Shown in pieces: positions 36,580 through 48,425 of a stretch of DNA of 64,000 nucleotides (the stretch's first letter is position 1; the number at the start of each line of letters is the position of its first letter). Origin of the DNA: Microcaecilia unicolor (taxonomy: Eukaryota); assembly GCF_901765095.1 (NCBI RefSeq), contig NC_044037.1:104423279-104487278 (forward strand), given 5' to 3'. The notes beneath the pieces are model-generated. The model saw only the letters and a list, made by a program, of their open reading frames with translations. It was not told where the DNA came from and did not search any database. The translations under genes were made by a program, and so were the position numbers.

Positions 36580-37086
36580 CTGTGTGAAGAAAAAAAAAAA
36601 AAAATCAAAGACCCTGAAACCAAACAAGAAACAGGAACTTGGCCCACATCTGCTCTTTACATAAAAACAGTAAACCAAATACAATTAGGATAATGTGTAA
36701 GAGTGCAAACGCCCAGGAGCCAGTCTGCTTGTACAGATTTGAAACAGCACATCTTTTGCCAGGCACTCATTTCCTGCAACTTCTGCACTGAAAATTAAAT
36801 AAAAAAGCTCATAAAGGAAAAATGTGTAAAAAAAAAAAAAAATTCCTCTCACTTGGACCCCAAATGCGTACAATTTCAAAACCAAGCTCAAATGTCCCAT
36901 AGTACATTTAACAGAAGTTGGGGTGGGGGTGGGAGAATTTTATTTCTGGAGAATTTTTCCCAACCAGGAAATGAATGTCTCATGCATAAGATGTGGGATT
37001 TTATGGCTTATTTGGTTTTTTCTTTTGTTTTCACCGTAAGAATCTCACACAAAGCCTGGCTGCCGCCCCCCTACTGCCAGCGTTAC

Positions 37087-37282
37087 CTGTTTCAGCTCCT
37101 CGCCTGGATAGAGTGGAAAGGGGTCCTGAGCAAGCCGGACCTCCAGGTCACCGTGACGCAAGCGAGCCTGTCCTGCATCATCAAAGAGCAGCTGCTTTTC
37201 TGCATCTCGAGCCACTGGATTCTCAATGATGCAATAGTGCCGCGGTGGAACCAGCACCATCTTCACTGGAGTGAACAACACC
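37087..37282 (-). CDS. MVP: MVP coding exon 2 ([65 protein letters not shown])
   Basis: Acceptor ctcag|G completes the split Arg codon from exon 1. Donor is CAG|gtaacg. The sequence matches the MVP repeat-domain region [28 protein letters not shown]. Confidence 0.9.
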
Positions 37283-37479
37283 CTGAGCAAGAAGAGTCAA
37301 AAACAGACCATTATGAGGAACAAGACATATGAAAGCAAATTTTAGATACAATGTAGATATCGGAACTGAGACATCCAGGTCAGGATGTCTCAAATTCCAC
37401 TAGCGTTTTACAAAATGGCTCTGCCGACGTAATCTTTTCTAAATTCATGTAGGAACAATGATGGATACTTATAGCCAGG

Positions 37480-37870
37480 GCCGCTGAAAGGGGGGAGGGG
37501 GGGCAGGAGGGACCCGGCGCCGCAATCCCCGATCTCACCCGCCCTTGGCTCCGTCGACTGTCCGCCACTGGGCCGGGCCCCCCGCATTGAAATCATTACA
37601 GCGCCTCACCTGTCACCTCGCTCTGTGACTGAAAGCGCAGCAGCGGCAGATCGGATTCGCCTCCCTTCGGGCCTTCCCTCCCTGTGTCCCGCCCTCGTGT
37701 GATGTAACTTCCGTGAGGGCAGGGCACAGGAAGGGAAGGCCCGAAGGGAGGCGAATCCGATCTGCGGCTGCACTTTCAGTCAGGGAGCGAGGTGACAGGT
37801 GAGGTGCTGTAATGATTTCAATGCAGGGGGCCCAGCCCAGTCTCTCGGTGGCCCTGCTTATAGCCCGCTA
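37480..37870 (+). repeat. Family-B long palindromic element in MVP intron 1 (same loop family as 12230-12780)
   Basis: Arms ..cattgaaatcattacagcgcctcacctgtcacctcgctc..gcagcggcagatcggattcgcctcccttcgggccttccctccctgtgtcccgccctcgtgtgatgtaacttccgtgagggcagggcacagg.. pair with their reverse complement at 37735-37830. Confidence 0.85.
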
Positions 37871-40849
37871 CTCTCCCTAAAACTAGGCTCAGCGTGGGTT
37901 AACAAAAGAAAAACTATGAGACTGATTGTTTCTGGAAACAAAAAGATGAAGATGCTCCAATATCTACAGGAAGTGCATTCCAATATTTAGTCATGCAAAA
38001 TAATGCAGACTTTTCCTGAAAACCTTTAAGTTTGATTCCTCTAAACGAAGGAACTCTCAGCATAAGATGGTAGAGAACATTATTCTTGTAGCTATCATAT
38101 AAATAATGTGACTAATGAAGTCAGATGAGAAGGGCAAAAGCCCTCTAAAATCATAACAACAAAGCAACATATTTTTAAAAGTATTCTTGCTCTTATTGGA
38201 AGCCGATGCAGTTCAACCAACTAAGGAGATACATGGTCATACTTAGCTTGGCAAAAAATTAGCCTAGCAACTGTATTCTGGATCTAATGTAACCTTTGCA
38301 GTTGTTTTTCTGCGATTCCTACATACAGAGAATTACAGTAGTCTAGTTGCGACAACATCAACAGCTGTACCAACACCTTAAAATGGCTCGGGAAAAAATA
38401 AGAACAGACCAGCCATAGCTGTTCCAGCTTAAAGACCTTTTGTGACAGATTTTTAATCTGAGCATCCATAGTCATAGTAAAGTCTAGGATAACCCCTAGC
38501 ACTCTTCTTTTACGATCTACAATCAACTGAGATCCATTGAAACATGAGACATAATTTGGAATATTAGTCTCACTTACACCATACCATAAAATCTTTGTCT
38601 TATCTGCATTTAGTTGAGCTTAACAAAGACCAAACACTTAATTTCCTCCATACAGTAACTGATTTTAGTAAACAAGCTATCTTGAGATAATCCAGTTGAA
38701 ACCAATACGAAAATATGATATGCTGGCTACATGTGGTGGCGGCAGCATCCATTTGCAAACATTGGTGTCTACAGTATTGTCACGGTCACCCCAGTGCTCC
38801 CTTACCTCCGTGTCAGGGCCCAGTGTGACAAGCTCTGCTGCCCTCCGACCTGCTCTTTCCTCCGACCTTCCTACAGCTGTGCATGCTCGTTTGGTGGAGG
38901 CTGGATGGGGGTTGGCGCTGCTCAGGCCCGTCCCTCACTGACATCATCACCCTGGGCCTTCTTCTGCAGTTGCTACTCTGCTTTGCAACAGGTCATCCTG
39001 GTTCCAGCTTCCAGCACAGCTTCAGATTCCAGCCTTGGTTCCAGCTCAGCTTCTGCTTCCTGCCCTGGTTCCAGCCTCCAGCTCAGCTTCAGCTTCCAGC
39101 CTTGGTTCCAACTCCAGCACAGCTTCAGCTTCCAGCAAAGGTCCTGGTTCCAGCTCCAGCACAAATTCAGATTCAGTTCTGGGTACAGCTTCCTTCAACG
39201 CCTCTACTGGAGCAATCCCTTCTGCAGGGACTCGTCCGCCGTTTGCTACAGTCTGTCTGTCCCCTGGGCAGGCAGGCACTACTGTTCCACTACAGTCCTA
39301 GGGCTCACTCATCCTAAATCGTGACATATGTATGTGCCGTGTTGCCTCTGTTGATATATCTATGTTTTCCAAGCTCACAGAGTCCAATATCATTTGCCAC
39401 CACTTTTGAGGGGGATAAAAATACTAGGGGATTTAGGGGACAATATCCCCTAATCCCTACTGTAGAATACTGCACAAAATGAGCACCTTTAAAGAACTTA
39501 GATGTCCCCAGGAGTAGCTGTGAATCCTGATGTTAATCTTGAAAAACCGCACAAGCCAAAAAAAAAAAAGGGGGGGGGGGGGGGTCAAAGCCACCATATC
39601 TGTTTTATAACAGAAGTGTGTGTGTATGTGTTCATATATATAGTTGCATATGGTTTACCTTCATACAGGACCCCTGACGAAGGCTACTTTGCCGAAACAC
39701 AGCTCGTGTCTAGTTTTGCCTGTATGGACTATTGATGAATAAACTATTTGGAACATTAAACCTGTATGTCCTTGAAATTTGTTGTCTTTTGACCTGTGGG
39801 TTTGGAGGCTTCCATCCCTTTTTCAGCTTGTGCAGTGCAGCTTCTTGTGGAAGTGTTTTGCTCTTCTTTTTGTTTTTTTCTCTGATCTTGGAGAACAAAT
39901 AGGTATTCCATTTCTAAAATGGGGAATATATGAGTATATATTAACCCCAACCTAGTCCCACTCAAAACACATCCAGACCATGCCTCCTCACCACATACAT
40001 GTACTCTCAATCTGGACATGTATATCCCAGTTTTCTAAAACTGGGATTTAGACATGTATATGATAAACATGTCTAAGTGCCAGTTTATAACCACCTTTAA
40101 TTTATATGTAACTTTTTATGTGCAGTGTGCTTGATTTATTACCCCAAGAAACTGATTCCTGTTATGAACTGTATCTTTTGGATCTTTTACCGCACTGAAG
40201 ACCTCAATAGATTTTTTTTTTGTTGTTGTTATTTTCCTCCCACCTTCTTCCAAATTATGTTTTGAAGAAAGCCACAGCAGAATCAGAAGACGGCGTCCTT
40301 TTAGTGTTACTGCTTCTCCTCCCCTCATTCTAATGTGACAAGACTGTTGGGTCTCAGACAGTGGTGTGCTGGTAAATGTTTAACAACAAGCTCTCTCCAC
40401 GGTCCACCTCTGCGCCCCCCCCCCCCCCCCCACATCTACCTCTGCACCCCCCCAAATTGTAGAGCTGGCTATAGCCGGGGAAAGAGCCGGGGGGGGGGGG
40501 GGGGGGGCAATGCATTACTCTCTCCAGGAAAAAAAAATTAAATGATCCCAGGTTCCAATCTAATTCATGTTTAATGTGGGATAAAATGCCATAAATAAAT
40601 AAATATAAACTTTTAATGTTCAGCACCTGATTTTCAAAGTGGACATATTCCAAGCACTATAATGAAAATAAAATGATTTTTTTCTACCTTTGTTGTCTGA
40701 TAACTGTTTTTCTGATCATGCTGGCCCAGTATCTGATTCTGCTGCTATCTGTCCTCTTAACTTCGTTTCCAGGGCTTCCTTTCCATTTATTTCTTTACTT
40801 TCCGCCTTTCTTCATCATTTCTTGCCCTACATCCGTAAGTAAAAACTGT

Positions 40850-41400
40850 GTCCTCCGCAGACTTGACTGTCCAGCATTTCTTCTCTCTCTCCCTTCCCTC
40901 TCCTCCATCCATGTCCAGCATTTTTCCTGTCTCCCCTCCATTCCTCTCTCTTCCCTCCCCTCTATCCATGTGCAGCTCCTTCCTGTCTTCCCTCCATCCA
41001 CCCATGTCCAGCAAACCTCCTCTCTCTCCTGCCCTCCTCTCCATCCACCCATGTCCAGCAACCCTCCTCTCTCCCCTGCCCTCCAACTATCCATCCATAC
41101 CCAGCAATTCTCTTCTCTCCCCTGACCCCCTTTCCATCCATACCCAGCAATTCTCTTCTCTCCCCTGACCCCCTTTCCATCCATACCCAGCAATTCTCTT
41201 CTCTCCCCTGACCCCCTCCCATCCATCCATACCCAGCGATTCTCCTCTTTCCCCTGCCCTCTCCTCCCGCTCCCATCCATGTCCAGCAATTCTCCTTCGC
41301 CCCCGCCCTCTCCTCCCACTCCCATCCATGTCCAGCGATTCTCCTTCTCCCCCATCCTCCCCTCCCATTCATATTTCACCTGCCCGCCCTCTTCTCCCCC
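40850..41400 (+). repeat. Satellite-like tandem array, same family as 20000-20370 (units ..CCATCCATGTCCAGCAA(T/C)CCTCCTCTCTCCCCTGCCC..; later units CCATCCATACCCAGCAATTCTCTTCTCTCCCCTGACCCCCTTT); in MVP intron 1
   Basis: About 11 tandem units are visible. This explains the large overlapping ORFs on both strands (40795..41433, 40962..41372). Confidence 0.85.
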
Positions 41401-41499
41401 CAACATCCCCCTTTTTCTTCCTACCAGTGCCACCCTGTGTGATTTAAATCTTTTTTATTACTTCCGTCGAAGTGGCCGCGTCATTGAAAGCCCTGCCTG

Positions 41500-41640
41500 T
41501 CTCTAGCCTTCCCTTCGTGAGTTTGTTCCCTCAGAGTCCCGCCTTCTGACCTCATTTCCTCTTTTCGCAAGGGCGGGACTCTGAGGGAACGAACTCACGA
41601 AGGGAAGGCTAGAGGCAGGCAGGGCTTTCAATGACGCGGC
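41500..41640 (+). repeat. Family-A hairpin palindrome in MVP intron 1
   Basis: gcctgtctctagccttcccttcgtgagtttgttccctcagagtcccgcc..ggcgggactctgagggaacgaactcacgaagggaaggctagaggcaggc. Confidence 0.85.
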
Positions 41641-42034
41641 CGCTTTGATGGAGGTAATAAAAAAAGATTTAAAACCACACAGGGCGGTGCGGGGCGGGAA
41701 CAGGCAAACGAGGGCTGTGGGAGGTGAGGTAAGCGGGGTAAGCATGGTTTGTGGCGCCCTCCTGCCACGCTTACCTCGTTTACTGGAGCCGGCTCGCAAG
41801 ATCTTAAAAACAAAACAAAAAACTTAACAACCAGCTCTTGCAAGCCGGTGCGAGCCGGCTCCAGCACACCACTGGTCTCAAGCTCCCATAGCACAGACTT
41901 TCTTAAGAGCTGACGACACAAATGCCCGTCCCAGGAAGGAGGTCCTCAAGGACACTTTTAAGCAGGCTCCAGAGCCCCCCCCCCCAACACACCCACAGCA
42001 CATACCCCACAGTGACAACTGAGATTGCACTTAC

Positions 42035-42156
42035 CGCTCATTGTCCTGTCGGATGTAGGTCTTGGGCCCAGTTTCCACACGAGAGATGTTGTTGTTCTGG
42101 TCTAGCACATGGATAAAGTGGAAGGGGGGAATACGGATGATAGCTTCTTCACTCAT
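42035..42156 (-). CDS. MVP: MVP coding exon 1 (start codon ATG at 42156..42154; [40 protein letters not shown] + 2 nt)
   Basis: Minus-strand ORF 42031..42249 contains [30 protein letters not shown], a near-identical match to the vertebrate major vault protein N-terminus. The exon ends CG followed by donor gtaagt. A polypyrimidine tract plus AG acceptor at about 42184-42200 upstream implies this is not the first exon of the transcript. Confidence 0.9.
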
Positions 42157-44052
42157 TGTGAGGGTTATGGAGCTATGGAAGTCACTGGAGAGAGAGAGAG
42201 GAAATAATTTACAGAAACAAAGAATGATATGAGAAGGAAATTTCCTCAATACTAAAAATATTCTGTAGTTCTTACAGAATATACACTTGTTCCCAGCTCC
42301 TATGTTTGAGGCATATTACAATCATATGACATTAGTTTCTGAGAGTGCCCAACATCTGTTAAGAAGCATCAGAAGCAGCATTGCCAACTGTCAGCAAATG
42401 CGCTGACAGATTAAAAAAAAAAAAAAAAAAAAAAAAAGACGATATGGCTATAAAATAATTTCATGACAATACAAACATCATGAGCCACAAAGTCTGTCTC
42501 TGGTGTCGAGGGCTTGGGCTCAAACTCAGAACAGGGTTGGTAGGTCAGATTTACGTATAAACTAGGCAAGCAACAGCTTAGGGCCTTACGCTTTACTAGA
42601 ATGGAAAAAAGTATTGAAACCCCAGATTTACTTCCTACTAAATTGACAGGGGATGGGGGGAAGCTCTTAAATATTGCAGTTTAGGGGCCACAATAAGCAT
42701 AAATCTGGCCCTGTCTCTGAACTACTCGGGAATTGGGAATTATACCTCCGTCCACAAAGAGTCTGGGATATGAAATGTCCACATAAACAGGTGTGCACAA
42801 AATGGCGCTGGTAAGAAACATGTCAAAAATAGAAGATGGGAAACTCAAAAAATATTTACATGAGTTGGCAAACCTGATTAGAGTTCTGGGAACAGTACAT
42901 GTTTCCCTAATAAAGGGACATCCTTTTAAAGCAAGAGATTACCACCACAAATAGAACCTCTCTTTGAGGCCATTGGATCACAGAAACCCACAGTGCTGAG
43001 GTGATACAAGTTTACCTTCCCTAGTATCATGCCCACGTTAAGGCCTCAGAGAGAAAATCCTGTACAGCAGTAAGATAAAGCCTTCATTTACAGAATAACC
43101 ATCACAGTGAAAGGAAGGTGGGAAAGGCAAGGTGAGGCACAGTACAGAGGTGAGCGAAAGAAAGAAAGAAAGAGATCAGAAGCAAGGGAAGTGAGTAGGG
43201 ACTGGGAGGAATAGAAATGAAGAGGGAGAGAGTGCGGAAAGGATGACGTGGGGAGGGCGTGGGCAAGGCCCTTTCACCTACAGGATTTGAGAGTCACACC
43301 TTGTACTGTCAGTACAGAGAGATATCATAGGGCTTCAATGATGCTTCCTCTGCTAGTCTTTCCAAATCTTTACCCCTACCCAACCAGAAGTGCTGGCATG
43401 CACTGAGATGTTAGAGTTGGTATGTGCTCATACATGTTTATTTGTGTTACAAACACTATCAGATTTGCTGTAACCTCCTTAGGGTGCTGAAGGGCCCCAG
43501 TCATGAACCAGTTCTGATATATAGCCCTCAATTCTACCACTTGCCTGTGCCTTCAGGCCCAGGATGTATTTGGGTACAGGGTGCTCTACTTTCTTACTAC
43601 TTTTACAGCACTCGGATTTCTATCGTTATACATGAATGAGGAAGACACTTAGAAAGTGAAAACAGAATGTGTGTGTGCACCTTTCACTCTTCCCAGCCTC
43701 GAACTCTGCCTGTTTTCTGAGGCAGGCTCAGGAGAAGCTGTCTCTCAAGACTATGTCCCTATACTTCTAGAGAAGGCATTAGCCTGACAACACACACAGG
43801 CCATGGTTACTCGAACCCAGCTCTGCTCTACTGTGAAATCCCTACCAAAGGAAGGCAGAATCCTTTACCTTGATTGCAACATTCCCTGCCATCTCAGGAC
43901 TGCCAAACTATCAGGAAAAATACATTTATGTAATTATTTATAATCCACACCAATATTCTAAGTGGAGTACAAGCAATACACCCATAATTAAAATCAAAAC
44001 TCAAACATATGTAAAAAGAAACATATATTCAATGCATACATTACACAGTCAG

Positions 44053-44056
<4 letters not shown>

Positions 44057-44090
<34 letters not shown>
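44057..44090. repeat. (TA)17 microsatellite
   Basis: atatatatatatatatatatatatatatatatat, directly visible. Confidence 0.95.
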
Positions 44091-44092
<2 letters not shown>

Positions 44093-44099
44093 TCAAGTC

Positions 44100-44570
44100 C
44101 CTCTCCTCCGAGTTCCAAGCCCCCCTCCCTCTCCCTCCATCCCGCCTCCATTCCAGACCCCCCTCGCTCCCTCCGAGTTCCAGGCCCAGTGGCCCGCCCT
44201 CCCTCCGACTGAGTTCCAGCCCAACCTCTTCTCCCACTCCAACAGTGCTTCGCCTGCCCCTCGCCTTCCTGCATGCCGCCCAGAATTTAAAAGTCATCTT
44301 ACCGGGGTCTCGGCGGCAGCAGTGAAATGCGAGCAGGCTCGGTGAGTCGACGCTTCAGCAGGCTGCCTTCCCTTCTCTTCGCTCTCAGCTCTGCCTCTGG
44401 TCCCGCCCTCATTTCTTGTTTCTGCAAGGGTAGGACCAGAGGCAGAGCGAAGAGAAGGGAAGGCAGCCCGCTGAAGCGCCGACTTGCCAAGCCAGCTCGC
44501 CTTTCACTGCTGCCGCCGGGACCCCAGTAAGATGACTTTTAAATTCTAGGCGGCATGCAGGAAGGCGAGG
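44100..44570 (+). repeat. Composite element: tandem CTCCGAGTTCCAGGCCC units (44100-44270) joined to an approximately 300-bp near-perfect palindrome (44270-44570)
   Basis: Arms 44270-44415 and 44425-44570 are reverse complements (..gaatttaaaagtcatcttaccgggg.. / ..ccccagtaagatgacttttaaattc..). The loop core is ctctggtcccgccctcatttcttgtttctgcaagggtaggaccagag. A (TA)17 microsatellite lies just upstream at 44057-44090. Confidence 0.8.
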
Positions 44571-44639
44571 GGCAGGCGGACTCTGTTGAGGGAGATGGGA
44601 GAAGACGTCAGGCAGCGGGCTGGCTCCTGGCTGGGAGCT

Positions 44640-44900
44640 TCCGGCTTCCGGTTCCGGTGGGGAAAATTGCATGATGCGGTGCCCTTGAAGGCAGGCGCCC
44701 CCCTGCGGTGCTTACCGGGTTAGGCCGGCCCTGCTGCCATGGACCCGGATGATTACATTAACACGATATTGCGTTAATGTAATCATCCGGTTCCTGACTC
44801 CTGGCACACAGGAGTACTGGAGCAGGAGAGGACAGAGCGAGGGAGCAGCGCAGCAGTGATTCAGAGAGAGAAAGGTGCAGGGACAGGTGGCGCGTTCGGG
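44640..44900 (-). promoter_or_regulatory. MVP: Candidate MVP promoter and non-coding first exon (TATA-less, tandem ETS/GABP-like CCGGAAGC motifs, CpG-rich)
   Basis: On the minus strand this region reads ..accggaaccggaagccggaagctccc.., i.e. tandem GGAA/ETS cores. A possible exon-1 donor ccggtaagcacc lies at about 44708-44722. The region sits about 2.5 kb upstream of the ATG exon, whose acceptor implies an upstream non-coding exon. It also contains a perfect 20+20 nt palindrome at 44745-44790. Confidence 0.3.
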
Positions 44901-46699
44901 GGGGGGGGGGGGGAGCGCTGCAGCAGTCCAGTCCTGCCCCGGGCCCAGCTATGTCTCTCAGTAGCCCTGATCCATACCATATGCCTTTTGCATTCAAAAA
45001 AGGCCTGAAATGCTTTGATGTACCCATGCATACATCCTACCCACCCCTACCTTGCTAGACTGTCATTGAAATGCTTTGAAGCTTCACTTATATCTACTAT
45101 CAACTAACACATTTGCTTATTTCCGATCTGACGAAGAAGGGCAACCTTCGAAAGCTAATCAAGAAATGTATTAAGTTATGTCCAATAAAAAAAGGTATCA
45201 TATTTTCTTTTCCATGTTTTATTTTGTTTGATTTCTATTGATAACCTTTAAGAGTGGACTAACACGGCTACCACACCTCTCTACTTAAAAAAAGGACTGA
45301 AAATTTATTTTTTAATTTCGATATTCTTCAACATTCTTAAATTGCATGCCATGGTATTCCACAATCTCGGAGCAATTACATTAAAAATTGAGTTACGAAT
45401 CATAACTTACAATACTCTGGTAACAAGGAGACAAGGGCATCTCCAACAATGCCACACTGGCCGATCTCCAGGCCCTCGGTGGATGATAAATCTTAAGAGT
45501 GGAGGCAATGACCATAGATATACAATTATATAAAACTTTAAAACTAAAAGTAAAACCTTACATTTTATCCTTTGTTCAATGGGTAACCAATGTAGTCATT
45601 TCAGCACTGGAGTGATCCCTAACAGCAGCATTTTGGGCTACTTCAAGTGCTTTTAACATATTTTTTAGGTATCCCTATTAATAATCCATTACAGTAGTTA
45701 AAATACAGCATCAAAATACTTTGGATTACCAGTCTAAAGTTACCCACAGTTAATCTTTTAACCTTCTCATCCATCTCCTGACTCATTATCCTATGGACTT
45801 AATGCATCATAGTCAGCTTGGAGTAGAGAGCTGCATGGGGTTAGCGGGAATCCTAGGGATCCCTTCCAGGCCCACAGGACTCCTGTAGAGACCCCTCCAG
45901 GTCTGTGGGGATGGACACAATTCCTTTGGGGTTCCCACGAAGTGTAGTGCCAGGCCAGCTTACCTATCCTTTCCTTGTGTTTCTAAGCTAGCTTAGCAAT
46001 CATAATAGCATTACAAAAATTAATGGATACGGTTGCTAGCATTGAAATCCCCATAAGCACTGAGGAGGGAAGTTACCAACATGGCCTACTGTTGAGTTGG
46101 GTTATTTTGCCACAAGATAGTCACAACAACAGAGGAAAACCTCCACAGATAGATAGAGTATACCACATATATAAAACTGTAGAGGAAAGAAGAAGAGGAG
46201 TCTCTTGCAAATGGTGTCCAAGGAACTTTAATTCAAAAATCTTCAGGTTATTTTAGCATAGGGGATGGGCAGAGATGGAGAAGATTACTTGTGGGGATAG
46301 AGGAGATTCCAGTGGGGATGGCAGGGATGGGTGAAATTTCTGTCACCATATAATTCTCTAGCCTGGAGTCCAGGATCATTCCCATGTTACGGAGCTGAAA
46401 AACCACTGAAATTGATTCATTATCAATACCGATATTAGATGGAACATCAGCAGGAGGATACCCCAACAATAACATCATTTGAATCTTAGCCATTTGTCAT
46501 TAGCATAGAATCAAAACTGAAGGCCTAGACAGCCTAACAGTCTATATAATGTTTATTTGAAAACTTTATATACCACCACTTCTAGAGAAAGTTGCAGCGG
46601 TTCACATAAAAAAAAAACTATAATATGAATAAAATGGAAAGGAACACCAAAATATAAATAGAAAAGAATCATTCAACCAAAGAAACAGACACAACAGGC

Positions 46700-47480
46700 A
46701 AACTAAGGCCTAAGTATTTCCTCTGAACCAAACCATCGAAATACTGTTCCACTTAGACCAACTGACTGCAAATGGTTCAATAAAATTTGATAATCAATAT
46801 TATCAAATGCTGCTGTAATACTAAAGTTACCAGCAACAACCTTTTTCCTTTGTGAAAGCCCACTATATTCAACAATGAGATCAATAAATTTATTTATGAC
46901 ACTTTTACCCCACATTAGCCTGAGAGGGACTCAGATTCAATGTGGCTTACACAATAATTAAATTAATGATATATTAAAAATTATATAAACAGATTATAAA
47001 GTACAATAAATAATGTAACATTGGCTTTGTAAAACAAATATAACGTGGTGAAAACCTGGATGCAACTGTTCTTATGGGTTGATGGATAGAGATGATGATT
47101 AAATCATAATTAAGTTTGTAAACAAAGAAGAGGATGAATAAATATGGGTACAATTAGGGCTAGATAGGATTAGGGAGGAAAGAAGAAATGAAATTAATTG
47201 TATGAATGGATAATGTTCAAATAAAAAATTTTTGTTTTCTGAAAGGCTAAATTGAAAAAAAGAGTTTTCATTAGGTTTCTGAAGGACAAGTAAATCATCT
47301 GTGCATTTACTTGTTTTTGGTAGAGAATTCCAAATTTTAGTACCTTCATATGTGAATCTGGCATTGTGAATTGTTTTATACATTACATTCCTACAAATAG
47401 GGAAATGCAGAATGAGATACTCTCTGGATGAGGAAATGGCATTACGTAGGAGTAATTCACTGAGATTGTTCATACATCCT
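46700..47480 (-). mobile_element. Degenerate LINE RT fragments (reverse orientation)
   Basis: Minus ORF 46703..46915 reads ..AFDNIDYQILLNHLQSVGLSGTVFRWFGS (RT motif AFD..H..L). Minus ORF 47099..47473 reads ..ARFTYEGTKIWNSLPKTSK (LINE ORF2 C-terminal WNSLP motif). Confidence 0.6.
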
Positions 47481-48034
47481 GGAGCAGAACCACATAGAAT
47501 TTGATGAATAAAAACACAGAACTTGAAAGATATTCTATCTATCTTTTATTGGTAACCAGTGCAGGTTATACAGAAGAGGAGTTGCTTTGGCGAAGCGAGG
47601 TGATCTACATATGAGGTGTGCAGCGGTATTTTGAGCAGTTTGTAATTTTTTGATAAGGCCGCCTTTAATTCATGCATAAATGGAGTTGCAGTAGTTGAAT
47701 GTTTCTGTATCATGGTTCTGTCCAAATTGATCATTATCTAGTAAATCATTCGCAATAAAAAAATTCAGTAATATTGTCATAAACCACCTTTTAGTTTTGA
47801 GAGAAAAGGTAGTGATGAAATGAGTCTATAATTATCCAAAGATGAATGTTTAATGATGGGCTTCACGCAATCTGTTTTCAAAAAGATAGGCATAATTCCT
47901 AGGCAGATAGCAGATAGGATGAAACAGTTAATTCCTTATTTCGTTCATTGATTTCACAATTGATGGTTGAACTACATCTAAATTTACAATGGTACTGACA
48001 GTCAGTAAATAACATCTTTAAAAATAACTTAGGG

Positions 48035-48425
48035 GCCCTTTTACTAAGCAGTGGTAAAAGGGGGCCTGTGCTAGTGTCAGCGTGTGCATTTGACATGCTC
48101 TGAGGCCTCCTTTTACCACAGCGGGTAAAAGGCTGTCCATTCTTGACAAAAAGAAATGGCTGTGCAGTAAGTGAACCACTTACCGCACGGCCATTTCGGT
48201 GCAGAGCCCTTACCGCCACCCACTAAGATGGCGATAGGGGCTCCCATGCTAACCCGGTGGTAACCGGGCAGCAATTGCTGCCAGTTAATTCCAGCACTAC
48301 AAAAATTGGAAAAATTCCTTTAGCGCCAGAAATGGTCCACGCTGGGGATGGGAACTACTGCCGGGCTCCTGCAGTAGTTCCAGGTTGCTGCACGCCAACC
48401 CTTTAGTAAAAGGGCCCCTTAATGT
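48035..48425 (+). mobile_element. MITE with GGGGCCCTTTTACTAAG terminal inverted repeats
   Basis: 5' end ggggcccttttactaagcagtggtaaaagg.. and 3' end ..ccctttagtaaaagggcccc. A related element at 35690-35865 runs ggggtccttttactaaggtgc..gcaccttagtaaaaggaccc. Fragments cgcggcttagtaaaagggcccc lie at 60330-60360 and taagggggtcttttattaagaccc at 21100-21125. Confidence 0.75.

Noticed and set aside
40795-41433. Large ORFs on both strands (212 aa minus; 150 aa and 106 aa plus) considered as genes
   Set aside because: They are read-through translations of the tandem satellite (low-complexity G/E/R-rich or S/P/L-rich). Long ORFs in several frames at once are typical of tandem repeats, not of coding sequence. 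The same applies to 20103..20435, 52136..52508, 44041..44297 and the 4232..4764 CT-rich ORFs.
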